A stretch of 64,000 nt of DNA. It comes from Nymphaea colorata. Taxonomy: Eukaryota. The translations under genes were made by a program, and so were the position numbers. Within the stretch, counting starts at the first letter, position 1; each line of letters opens with the position of its first letter. Under the pieces are notes generated by a model, which did not search any database, was not told where the DNA came from, and saw only the letters and a program-made list of their open reading frames with translations. This document shows, in pieces, positions 1 through 12,759 of the stretch. The DNA lies in NCBI RefSeq assembly GCF_008831285.2, contig NC_045138.2, forward strand, positions 2,418,001 to 2,482,000, written 5' to 3'.

Positions 1-505
1 GCCAGTTGACAAAGGGAAGAAGAGAGGTGTGGACTGAAAAGAGGGAAGAAGAGGGTGAGAATAAACCCTCTGTGTGAACTGAACCTACTTTTTTACACTG
101 TTTATATGAAATTTCCTTCAACCTAACAATTTACATGTATGGTCAAAATGGCTCGGCATCTTTTAACAAAATCACCTCGATGCCCCATGATTTTTGAAAA
201 TTTTTTAAAATACTACTTAATTTCAAAGCATTCTGATTTTTATCCTTCCATGCCTATCAAACAGGGGATCTTGTTTCCAGGAATACAATTCCAAGTTTAG
301 CAGACAGGAAGAGGTTTTAGAAATTAGGATTTTATCTCCATTCCACCAATTCCTGGAATGAATTCCTTGAAACTTCATTCCGATTCCCCAATTCCAGGGG
401 ATCAAACTACACCTTTGTGAATATGGTGCCCCAGGAACAAGATTTCTTTGGCAACTGGTTCATATTCAGATCCTAAGGGAACCATTAATGTTTGTTTCAA
501 TGCAG

Positions 506-2910
506 TATGTTTTGAGGGACAATACAAAGGTTTCAGCTGGCAAAACAAGTTATACAATAGTAGCAAGAAAAGATGAGAAGAAGACTTCAGACGACTCGGG
601 TACTGTTCCAGTGCTTGGATCTGAAGTATTGGAAGACGAAAGTGGTATGCTTAAATGCTGACACTTGCTCGTTTCCTTCACATCATTGACTATTCACAAG
701 TTTTAGGTTCAGTTTTCCTGATCAATCTACTGCTTTTGTAAAATTCATAATTTTATTTTCATGATGCTGTTTAGAGTTTATTATGTATATTTATAAAAAT
801 TTTGAAAAATTTATGGCTTCGTTCTGCTGTCTGTTCACTAGCTTTATTATCTCCATGACATGGATATCCATTAACCATTTTCCTTTTGCTGTGGGCATCA
901 AAATTTCTTGCTCATTGCTCCTCATGGGGTTCTTTTGTGAATTTTATCTTCCTCTATAATGTTCATATTGGCAACAAGAAACATGGCATTGCTTATGTAA
1001 TTCTTGTCAATGGCCAGATGGTTAGTTATTAAGTATGATCATGGTGATGTGGATGTCATGTAATCCATGTTTAGTACATTGTGATTGCATGTAAGTTATC
1101 CTTCCAAGCTGAATCTTTTGCAGAATGCGTAGGTATCATGCTGCTGAATTTTATCAATCTTGGTCATCCTTCGATGTATTCAGTGCTGGAAGTGGGATAG
1201 CTAGATTCCCCGTTGTTTTAGCCTTTTAGGTGACAAGCTGCAGAAGAATAGGGATAAGTCTTCCTGTTTGTGCTAAAACTTGTATGTGTTTTACACTGTT
1301 TATGCAAAATGAAATTGATAGTCAAATAGTCGTGGAAGCATCTTGAGCCAGGATTCATGTGTTCTATACCATTTGTTCAAGATGAAATTGAGATTATCAA
1401 ATAGTCGCAGAAGTATCTTGACCAAGGATTCTCCTTCTATGTGTTTATTTTGGTTGGCTTTTAATGATTCATTCTCTCAAGTAGCCAATTTAGATGTCAA
1501 GTGGGATTTGTTTTAGAAATCATCTTGACTGCCTTTAATATGTTCTCAAATTGTAGTTGCTTTCTTATGCGGTTTATGAAGTGACAGTGTCTTTGTTTAT
1601 GTTTCTTTCCTAATCTTTCTCAAACATCAATAATTGCAGGTGCATCTGGGCATGCAGAAACTGGGAAAAAGAAAGTTATACTTTTGAAGGGGAAAGAGAG
1701 AGAGGTTTCTTATGTTTATGTGCACTTTATCTTTCTTTTTTCTCCGGAAGGGTAAGGTAATTTGGTATTGTTAACTAAATGTATGTTTGCTATATTGCAG
1801 GTAACTTCAACATCTCCAGTAAAAAATTCATCTGGACCATCCTCTTTCAAACAGAATCATAGGCGTGAGATTAGTGGAAAGCTAATCAGAAGTATTCTTT
1901 CAAATAAGGAAGCACAGCAAAATCAACCACAACCTGCATCTATCCAGGTTGAGCAGCAGTTACAGGCATCACCGATAGAGAAGGACAAACGTCCACCGCG
2001 GCCAGTTCGTACTGTTTCAAAGGATTCTGCCCATGCATCATCTGCTTCTCTGTCACAATCTGATAACAGAAGGATATCAGATGAGAAAGTTATTGGTAAT
2101 GATCCACATGGTCTATCACCAGCCAGTGATAAGCCAGACAGAAGGACTAGAAACAAGGATAGACCTGATCGGGGAGTATGGGCCCCACTTCGGCGTTCTG
2201 ATGCATTACAGGCAGTTGATGAGTCATCTTCTTTTCCTGGTCGATCATCAGCTGAGGCTGTAGATAGTACACAGGTGGCCAAGCCAATGGTTTCTAATAA
2301 ACGTGGGGACGATGGACTGGAAACTCGAGACGTCATAACTGATAATCAGTCTGCCATCACAGTCAAATCTCGAAACCAGGGTACATCAAATCATCATGGT
2401 CGGTCTGGACGTGGTTTGTCACTGTCTCCTGATTTTCCATTGAATCATGGTGAAGCTAAAGTTGATACAGCAAGCACAAGGGGTGGGGAAGCTAAATCTC
2501 AAGGGTTTGGACGCAATAGCGTTGCAACTGCTGAGAATGGTATCACTTAAGCATCTGGAGCTTATTGTGTTGTCTACTTGCTTGTTCTATATGTCAAGGA
2601 ATATGCTTATCAATGTGTGCTGAGTGTAAAGTTTTGGTGTCCTATTAGGCTCTCATAGGTATGGTCGTCGGGTCTCAGCAACAGGTTCAAGAGAAGTTGA
2701 CAACTTGCCAAGTACAGTTGATGGTAAATCTTCAAAGAGGGGTTCTCCTGGATATGGTGCACATGAGGTATGGAAATATTTTCTGGTTTTGTTATTCTGC
2801 TTGCTTGTTTTTGGGCTGTGTCATTAACTGAATATTTATGCATTTTGTTTTCATATTTTTATCCTATGCAGAAGCAAGTCTGGGTTCAGAAGTCTGGATC
2901 GGGTTCCTGA
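506..2910 (+). CDS. UPF3: Regulator of nonsense transcripts UPF3, 3' part (5' exons lie upstream of the window)
   Basis: Exons 506-644, 1640-1713, 1801-2539, 2649-2767, 2872-2910 join in frame at GT-AG sites. The translation contains plant UPF3 motifs YVLRD, GKKKVILLKGKERE, RRTRNKDRPDRGVWAPLRR and the C-terminus GYGAHEKQVWVQKSGSGS*. Confidence 0.9.
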
Positions 2911-4789
2911 TTTCTTAGAAGTGGTGAGAGTCTTTCTGTTTTTTTTCCTAAGATATTCATGCCATCATTTGTGAACTAATGCTCACACTTCATCTATGGT
3001 TCAATTTGGTAATGGTAAAGCGATCCCCTTTAAGCATCAACATTCAAGTAATAATATGCCTACAGTTAAGAGGAATCTAAATTCCTCTCGTATGAGATGT
3101 TTTGTCCAGCTCGGGTTCTGGAGAGTTTCTATTCCTTGAGAACAGTTGCATGTTGAAAATTCATCTCTAGCTGTGGTGTTTTCTGTTCATTCTACTGCCC
3201 CAAGAGTGGAGGTGTCGACTACTCTAGTTTAACCTGGACCAGCTTGCTGAAAGTAATACCTCAAGTGCAGGATTGCCATTTGTTTTGTGTTTGTGTTGCT
3301 CGTTAATTGCGTGCAGTGGTTCTCATAACATCTGAAGTTGGAAAGAGTCCTCTTCTGGGATGTATTGTACTTGTTGATTGCTTGTCTTCTCTTCAGGCAG
3401 AGGGCAGCTTTTTGTCCGTGTTTCTCCTGTTTTGGATTGTTTGTTCTGCAAGTGTTTGCTTGTGATAGTTTGTTTTACCAAATTTATTCTCCTCTTGTTG
3501 AAAGGTCTAGTGTTTTCTCTAGATGATACATAGCTAGAATGAATAGCTCAGCACTCTCCTCGTTATTTTCCTTTAACAGATCATCAACACAAAGATTTCA
3601 GGTATTGCATCTTCCATAAGTGATGGGTTGTGCATCACAAACCATATGGTTTGGGTGTCACTCGAGATATGACATCATTATTCAGATTGCAGTCAATGGA
3701 AGCAGATTCTGCTAAGATCAAATATAATTCCGTAGGATGGAGAAGAGATGTCATCCGAGAAGTCTGGCTTCTATGTTGGTATTTTTTGGTGCTGATGAAG
3801 CTGACATTTCTGTGGATGGTGATCTTCTCGACCTTTCATATTAGGGAGGTTGCTGAAACCTGCAAGACTGGACAGCAGAGCTTGCTCACATGCCATTTGC
3901 AGAGTGAATTTATTTCAGCTGCTCTAAATCTTGAGCTGGTTTGGTTTTTCCTCATCTTGTTCTGTTCCTGGCGGCTTGAGTTGCTTGAGTCTGAAACATA
4001 TTTTCTTAGAGTTGCTATTCTCGACTGGTGTATATACTGAACATGAAAATGCTGCACTTGCTGACCTTGAGATGAAGTTACGAGGCGCTAGTAACGGTGG
4101 AAACTGTTGAGCCGGGCAAATAATTGGTTATTTTCATTGGTGGTTGGAAGGTCTTGCTAATCAGACTGCTCGGTGTATACATTTATCCTGGTGACTGATG
4201 TTTTGGTTGCCTCTAGTGTGGCTAGACACGAAAGCTTTCAGTGATTGTAACCAGTATTGGATAATGCTGTATATTTTTCCACTAGCCTGATGAGGTTTGT
4301 ACTAAGGTTCTCGTATCTTTCTTAAGTGCTAATATCGGTTTGCGTGCGTGTATTCACGTGTCTTCATACATATATGTACTAGAAGCAGAAAAAATGGACC
4401 ATGATGTTGAATGTTCACTCTTTTAGGTCTAAATGCTTTTAAGGCTCATGTGAGAGAGATGATGAGAATCGCCACCTTGACCATGGTCACGGGTCGGGCT
4501 TGGTTTAGTGATGCACAAGAGAGAGAGAGAGAGAGTGTGTGTGTGTTACATATGGTGCAACTGTAACAGCATTCTTCTATTGAATTGGTGTCTTTATCAT
4601 TTTACACAGGTCTGCTCATTGACGGAGGAAAAAGGGAAAATGAAATGATAACTGCAATTAAATGATTTGAAATTGTATTCTTAGTAGCAGAACGAGTGCT
4701 CAACTTGCAAGTATGTCCCTTTTGGAACAGCAGCAATCAGATACTGTCGTCAATTCTTTTTCTGAACCTGCAATTTTGGGCAGCTAGCC

Positions 4790-7700
4790 TCACGGCAATT
4801 TCGCAATCTCGACTAGAATTTTATGCAATGACAGTGGTTTGGAGAAGAAAGGACAATGATCGCTCCCTCTAATCTTGTATACCCTTTCTGGTACGTTCTG
4901 TTTCACCATGTTCTCTTGGCGAATGGGCGGGAGCAAGCGATCCTCGAGTGCCTGAATGAAGAACTGCCTAACGCTTCCATGATTTTCCTTGCTTAGTGTC
5001 AACCTTTCCATTATAGGTCCTAGAGGTATGGGTCGCATGGAAACGGCAGCCAAAGCAATATCCTGAAGCATGGGAGAAAGAAGAGTTGTAAAAGCAGACT
5101 CACGAAGAGCTATCATCAGAATCTAACGCGTTCCTTGTGCTATTGGAAGTGCATTATTCAGTGATGTCGTTTCCATTTAGTAAAGGAGTTTCGAGATCGT
5201 GTAAGCAAATATAGCAAATAAAGGAAAGAAAAATTTTTCAGATTACATAAAAAGAAATAACCAACTGGTAAGGTGGTTTCCATGATGGTATAGTTTAATT
5301 TTACAGATTTCTGAACATACAAGCGTAAAAAAATATCATGGTATTTTAATTTCTGAATCAAAGTTTAACTTAATGTGATAATCGGCTTAAAAATGTTAGC
5401 ACTCTTCTTCTTGGTAACTTCTCTGCAGGTTGTTGATGGCTAGGAGCTCATTTCCTATCAGCTTACTCAGAAGCAATAGCTTGCCCTCTGTGCCCTAAGC
5501 AACATGTTGCCCCGTTTTAGCAACCACTTTCTGACAGAACCTAGGAGGAATTTATGCATAGATCCAGGCAGCTCACATCTAAGAATCTACTAGCGAATTC
5601 TTATGTTCTCAACGTGGACTAACCAGCTGGGAAAAGGGGGCCCCAAATGACATGAAAACGAGAAAATGCAAGAATTTTCCGGACTGGTGTCTCTTGTTCG
5701 AGTCGATCAGTCAGGCCTACTTCCTCAACTTTCAATTGAAAAGGCAAAAGCATCAGGGATTTTCTTATAAAGAGGACGAGTTTTTATTCCAATTGAGATG
5801 ACGGTATTTTCTGGAAGAGATATAAGGTGGGCTATCAGAGGTTGACAACAGGAATTCTCAGAAGTACCAGACATGGTAAACATAGATCACATATCTCCAT
5901 CATACCTTAGCAGGGCTCTGATTAAAGTACAAATCCTTGATTTGGTGTTTTTTCAGCTTGAGTCCTGTAGGCGGCATGCCTTTACCATTGCCATGAATCA
6001 ATACCTGTGATTCTTGTGAAAAGATATCTGCGAAAGCAAGCTTGAAAATAAAAGGAATATCATTATGAAATACTACATAACATGTAACAGAGATCTGCAG
6101 GAACTTCAAAAATTTAGATTTATCTGGCTGGCTCTGACAAGACAATGATCAAAATCAGCCGGATAATTAAGGACCGAGTACCAATACAAGTAGGCGACAA
6201 TTTCAACTGATATGCAAATATAGACCATTTGAATATTTCACATGCTCACCAGCCATCAGCAATATACATACCTCTTCAGCAAACACATCAAATGGCCTCT
6301 GGCCATTTGACACCATAGCGGCACTTAGAAAAACTGCTTTAGAAACCTTCTTCGGAAACAACTCGAGAGCATAAGATACGCAAGCTCCTGCGCAGCTGTG
6401 TCCAACCAGAATAACCTGCATAGGCACATCTTTATATACAAAATACAGAAAAATAATCCACTGTTTCTCATAGTTTCAAGTTAAGAAATTTAAAAGCCTT
6501 GCAGCAAAATCTTTTTCACCTTTTCACTTTCGCGTAAGTTCGACAGGTAGTCTATCAAGGGTTTCGCATACTCTGTCAATGACGTTATACTGCTTGTGTC
6601 AGTGTTGTCAATACCTGATCCAGTGAGATCCAGTGCAATGGGAAGAAATCCTGCTTCTTCCAGAAAAGCAATGGACTTGTACCAACACCAAGCTCCAAAT
6701 CCTTCTCCATGAATTAGAACAAACTTCTTTGTTTCCATATTGTCAATAATGTCTGGCGTCTGCAGAAAGTATCAAGTTAGTGCATTTGTGATAAATATGG
6801 TCTACATTCAGCATGGTGCTAACATGGCAGTCCAGAGGGATTCCATCTAAAAAATGAATCTAAATTTTGGGCAGGAGAATATAAAAAAGTTTACTACTGT
6901 TAGACTTGTCTTCTGGCCAAATCAAAACACAGAACCTTCAGTAATTGTGATGCAAATTTTACTACTGTTAGATTGAGCCAACTCAAAATGCAGAATCTTC
7001 TTCCATAATTGTTTGGCGGAGCAACCTTCTAGTATGCAATGCACAACGGTTAAGACTAAACTCTTTTCTTTGTGAAAGTAGATTGCTTACGGAAGTTGTC
7101 AGCAGAATAAATTCTGTAGTTTGGAATTAAAAGCTAAAATCCAATGCCTCTGTTTCCGAACAGGAATATCCACCCCTTTCTCTGAGATAACTAGTATTGC
7201 ACATTTTTTCAGCAAATTCTGTCACAAAAACTACCTAAAACACAATTCAGCTTGCAGTAAAGAAGTTACTATACACGAGCTGAAAAGACCATATCAAACC
7301 GATTGAGTGATGGTATGAACACATTTTCTTGACGATGCATTGTAAAAATAATGAACCGAAAAATACCATGTTTTTCTCCCTGAATTCCGTCTATGAAAAG
7401 TAATAAAAGCACGCAAAAGCAAAAGCAAAAGCACCATGATTTTCTCCCTGAATTCCATCTATAAATAACAAAAGAAAGCAAATTGGTAATCCTAATGAAC
7501 AACCACCGATTCAAAATTTTACTATACCGAAAAAGAAATTTGGTAGTCTCAATCTACGACCACCAGTTCAAAATTTTAAAAACACCGAACAAGAAACATA
7601 CGAAAGCTAGTAAGTCGTTTTTCCAATCACTGAAGCAAACCAAACCCATGGGAAAGATAAAAACAAGAAAACAGGGGAATTTAAATGGTTCAAAACTCTA

Positions 7701-8077
7701 ACAAGAAGCAACTTCCAAGTGAGAATAATCCAATCACTAACGACGCCAAGCACCAAAATTAGCAACACAACAGAACGGGTGAATGAGTGCGTAATGGAAC
7801 TGACCAACTTCTCATGAGACAAAGACTCTGGCAGGTTCCTCCTCCTCGAACTGGTCACTCCAGGAAGGTTCTGCTTCCCATTGGCACCCGAGATCCTCCT
7901 TGACAAGGACCCATCAAACCTCTGAGAATGATGTTGCATGGCGATTGCTAATGCTTGCATGTGCAGAGCCTCCTCTTCGGTGCTCATCTTCCTATGAGAC
8001 CTGACTACAGTTGTGCTCCTTGATCTAGCGATCTCCTTCCCTTCTTTCCGAGGCATGCAAGTCATCTCATTACCCAT
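4790..8077 (-). CDS. MES14: Methylesterase (SABP2/MES alpha/beta-hydrolase family), MES14-like, about 354 aa
   Basis: Exons 8077-7805, 6759-6520, 6415-6272, 6040-5906, 5062-4790 total 1065 nt in frame. Motifs: FVLIHGEGFGAWCW, nucleophile elbow GHSCAG, acid in ALEDR, His in GSDHCPF. The N-terminal extension starts MGNEMTC (Gly2/Cys7, a likely acylation signal). Confidence 0.88.
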
Positions 8078-11000
8078 CTCTCTCTACAAGCAGTCTCTCA
8101 AGGGACGCCAAAATCGGACTCTTAAAATATGTGGAAACTATTGCCAACTACTACCAAACATGGTTTTGGTTGGGCTTTGACAATTGCCTGCGTATTGAGA
8201 ATGAAAATGAAGGGGAAATTGCTGCTTTCTTTATGCTTCTAAATTTAGATCACCACTTGTTCTGGTTCACATTACTACTTGGTTGCAAGCAAACCATGCG
8301 GCCTTTGTGGGCATGCGCACTAGAAGTTTAGAAACGTGCAGAGCGAGGGGACCTGAACTTTTTAGATCAGATTCACGAATCTCCTCATTGGGATGTCAAC
8401 AAAAAGAAAATCTCAGCATAAAGTTAAAGAAAAAAAAAAGGTTCTTGTCAAGGGGATATCGAGAACAAATGATGCACTTGAGTTTTAATAATACAACAGA
8501 CTATTTAAACAGAAACATTATGAAAAATACAAATGTCATGTCTATAGTATATAATTACCTAACGCGATATCTTAAGCAAAATTGGTTGTACTCTAGAAGA
8601 ATATATCATCTTCTGAAAAGGAACTGCGATTGGGTAATATACACATTGCCTAATTTTTTAGGGTTTGAACTTTGAAGTAACAAATACAAAAGTTGAATGG
8701 CGTTTCTTGAACAGGACATTTCTCTCTCTCTACCAACCTTTCTGATCCCTTCATTTTCAAGATAATGGCACATTCCACCAACGTCGGAAATGGACAAGTG
8801 AACTGGTTAAATTTTTCAAAATGTGTGCTACACATGGGCTACAAAGGTGCAATGTGATTTCCAAGATTATTTAATTGAAAATTCATGAACTTAGTTATGT
8901 GAATTGTGGGAAAACCTTGGGAAAAAGCGATCGCCTATTAGTAGCTGCTCTCATAAGCCATCAGCAGCATTTACCCACTTGATGAATATCCTAAACAGGG
9001 ATCTCCACCCACATATTCTCATGTTTGGAGATTTTATATTTAGTTAGTTGAGCGGAGGTATATGAAACAAGAAACACGTAGTCAACTGGTTAAAAAAAAG
9101 GGTTTGAGCATGCTCTTGTTATTTCATGAAAATCTAAGCACCCTTTTGTAAATATGCAATTCAATATTTTTACATTTCATGGTTGCCAAATGAAACCTGA
9201 ATTGAAGATTCAAAATAAGGAGTAGGGTGGTAGGCGTCTTTTATACAATTTCACTATAATTATTTTTCAGTTGGGGTGAAAAATGGATTAGATCCGATAT
9301 GAACAAGAACTCTTAAGTCTTAAATGTGAAGCAAACCTCAGTTTTTCTCTTGTATCAAAACTGGAAAACTGAACATGCTTTTTTTTTATTCCTTAAACAG
9401 TTAGACATGCTTTTGTAATTGAAAAAACTCTGCTAATGGAGAAAGAAGGGTCATGGGGAGTTTCATCTGGAGAGCATTGATCTAAGTATGTAATATAAAG
9501 AATTGAGACTTTTTCAATCAACAGTATGCGATTTCTCCTCATCAAAGGCCAAAAGAAGAGTCAATCTGAGTAGTTAAACTGATTTACCTTGACTCCTAGG
9601 TGAAAGAAGGCAGTTGGCTGAGAGTCAGGTAGGGTTCACACTCAACTCACTGTGAAGGACGACAGATCAACCACTTTACATTGATCAGACTCATGGCAGG
9701 TTTGGCTGTGCATTTTAAGCAAGTTTTCAGAAATAAAGGAAAGTTACATGATAAGGTGCAGCAGGTAGCAGAAAGAACTTTGTGCCACAATCCACTAAGA
9801 TTCAACTTCTTGTGGCGTCTATTTGTACAAGAACATCAACCAAACTAATTAACCTTTAATCGAATTGTCATTGTTATGCCTGCTACCTTTCACATATTAT
9901 TTTCAAGGATTCATTTTGGGGTCTACAGTTTGCCTACAATTCCAAGAAGAAGGCTACTTGTTATAGGTTAAGGGCTACACTTTTCATGAAGACCAACAAA
10001 TAAGGGCCTGAAATAAACAAAAAAAAACTTGTTAAAATGTAATGGAAGAAAAAATTGCAGCTGATTTTTCATGTTTATCAGGTCAAGGGAAATTTCCTTT
10101 AGGCCCGCCAATGTTATTGAAAAGTAGACCAAAAATAGAATTTTATCTTGTTTTTAATATGAAATTACAATATGGGACACGTTATCTGTCCTTTTAGCTG
10201 TGTTCTCAGTGATTCAATGCACTCGGGTTTTCCATTCTATTCATCAGAATTCTTCAAATGAACATGGCACTTTGATTTTAGGTTCTCAAGAAGAAAAACT
10301 GATGTCAGAAGTCAAATATTCACGAGTTGTCGAGCGTTTGGTTATCAAAAACCTTGTTCTTTGTGTGGTTTTCATGCCCTGTTCTATTTAATATTAGCAA
10401 ATCAATCTAACAGGAACCTTCTGCACATGAAAGAAGTCTCACGATTTTGTTTGCTTTCATGAGCTGGTTGGTGCTGCAGGCCAACCCCCAGCTTGGCTAC
10501 AGGAAAATCATAAAAGATGCTGTGTTTTGTGTGTGTGTTTTTAACATATGTTCAAAGACAAGCAATCTTCAAGCTTCGTAGTTGTTTAGTGCGTAGCGTT
10601 GACAGGAAATAAAGAAAACTACTGTTTGAAACTCTCTTTTCTATTGCAGCTTTCTTTGGTAGTACGTTTCTCTGACCAGTACGCGTTGTGCATTAGAACT
10701 CTACCATAGCCATATTGTTTCTTCCTGAAGATGAGCACATGCCAGTCTGGGGCTACTAAATAGAAAAGGACCCTTTTTCCTTTATAGCCGCAGTTTTCAC
10801 ATCTCATTGGGACATGTTTCCCTTTTCTGAGAAAGATCTACCATTTTTTCCGACGACAGAAAAATTACAGTTGAAGTGGAAGATGGGATTGCGGTGGCGT
10901 TTTCAACAGGGTAAAACTGTTAAGATGAAGGAGACCGAACCGCGGAAAGCTTCACTAAGCAGGCGCAAATGTAACTTTGCCGGAACATAGCGTACTGAAG

Positions 11001-12427
11001 TTTGAAGCCGAGATCTCCTCTTCTGTTGTGCCACCCTTTTCAATTGAGCCCTGCAGTTTCTCTAGACAATTGAACCAGTGGAGCTAAAGAGCTGGAAGAT
11101 AAAACTGTTAAAAAGTCCCATGTTTTAAAAAAGCTGCTTTACAAAAGGTAGAACTAATTAGTATTAGTCTTGGAGGGGGTCATCAAGAAGGTTGTCTTAA
11201 TGGCTGGCTTGGGTAGGGGCTGACAGGTCGCCAGTGTATATTTGGAGTCTAGGGGCGTCAACATCCAGTACTCCAAAAAAAACGAAGAGCGACACCTTGA
11301 AACACCAAAAGCATACCATACACTCTAGTGAAACAAGAAGTTGGGTGAAAACTTCGGCTCTGAGCCAGACAGGTGGTCTCCCTCACTTGCTCGGATTAAC
11401 CTTCCAAGGAAAAAGTAAAATTTAAGGAACTAGCATTGATGGGAAGTGGGTAAACATAGAACTCATCTGGGAAACGTTGATACGGGGTGCTCGAGATGAA
11501 AAATAACTCTCTACCTCCGGAAACGCAGGGTGTGTAAAGTGCGTCTGTTGGAAAAACCTGGTTGTTTTCATTTTTCATTTTCCTCGAGTCCATTTTCTCT
11601 GCAGTTATTTGTTGCGTCTTCAGCAGTGGATTGCATGATTAATCTTTATCACCTAGACATTTTTCACTCACAATTGGTTGTACGCAAATGATGCTTAGGA
11701 AAAGGCAGTATTGCGATGCTTAGTAGACAGGCAGGAGGGGTAGACAAAGTGATCGGTAGTGCACAATCCTTGCTATTTAAAATTTTAAAACTCAATGGAG
11801 ATGTGGCAAGTGCTGGAGAGCGGCGGAGGAGATCTGATAGCCTGATGCCTTAAGAAGTTGGTCTAAGAAAAGAGTGGGAAGGTGACCTTAGCTCAGGTGG
11901 CTGGGATTGGACGCACCGCAAGGGCATCCATGCTAGTTTATCAGAAGTTAGATAGCTGCGGAATTGGTTCAACAAGATGGAGACTTCAGCTGGAGCTACA
12001 GACTGTTGCGGGGAGTGGGCAAGAGTTGCAGGGGCAGATATAGACGATGCAGATCTTTCATTTGATTGCCTCTAATATGATCTCGAAGCAACATTAGAAT
12101 ACAACCTGTTAAATGCATCTATCACATGCATGAACAAGTGCATTCAATAAATTCAACTTTTAAAGTGACACATTCCGGTCCAATCCATCAGGTGCTTTCT
12201 GTGAAATTCCAAGAGTTTGACAAAAAATTGACAAAGATGAGACCATTTCTGTGGCTGAAAAGACTATATAATTTATCTAGGTTGGAAGTTGAAAGACATT
12301 ACTTGAGGTAAGCAAAAGATGGAGGGCAAAAATAACAAAAGGAAAATAAATCAAGTTTGTATATACATAACAAAATCAACACCTCAAGTATGCTACACTT
12401 ATCATCATGCGAGTGGGACAGACGATG

Positions 12428-12728
12428 TCAGTCACGGAGACCGAGTTCAAGCTCAAGCTCATCGTCCTCTTCAAATAATCTCAAAAGACGGGCATGCTGC
12501 TCCTCTCTCTTCTTCTTCTGCCATCTCTTGAAGAGGAACACACAGAATGCCACAATTGCTACCACCGCAGAGCATATAAGCAAGACCTTGACACCAACGC
12601 CACCACCAGAAGCACCATGACCCTTTGATTTTATTTCATTGTTGGCAGTCGACGGTTCACCAGCCAGCCCTGAGCACAAAGCAAACATCAGCTCAGAAAC
12701 AAATCTTGTACTGAACAGAGGATACAGA

Positions 12729-12759
<31 letters not shown>

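Noticed and set aside
1762..2550. 262-aa ORF as a stand-alone gene
   Set aside because: It is an internal UPF3 exon (1801-2539) read through into the flanking introns.
1309..7462. Short two-copy intronic duplications (about 1309-1440, 6890-7000, 7365-7462) and GA/AT microsatellites
   Set aside because: These are ordinary slippage products with no sign of function.
10400..12060. Moderately GC-richer stretch with short ORFs between the MES and membrane-protein genes
   Set aside because: I found no recognisable protein motif, splice-consistent model, tRNA or known miRNA by eye.
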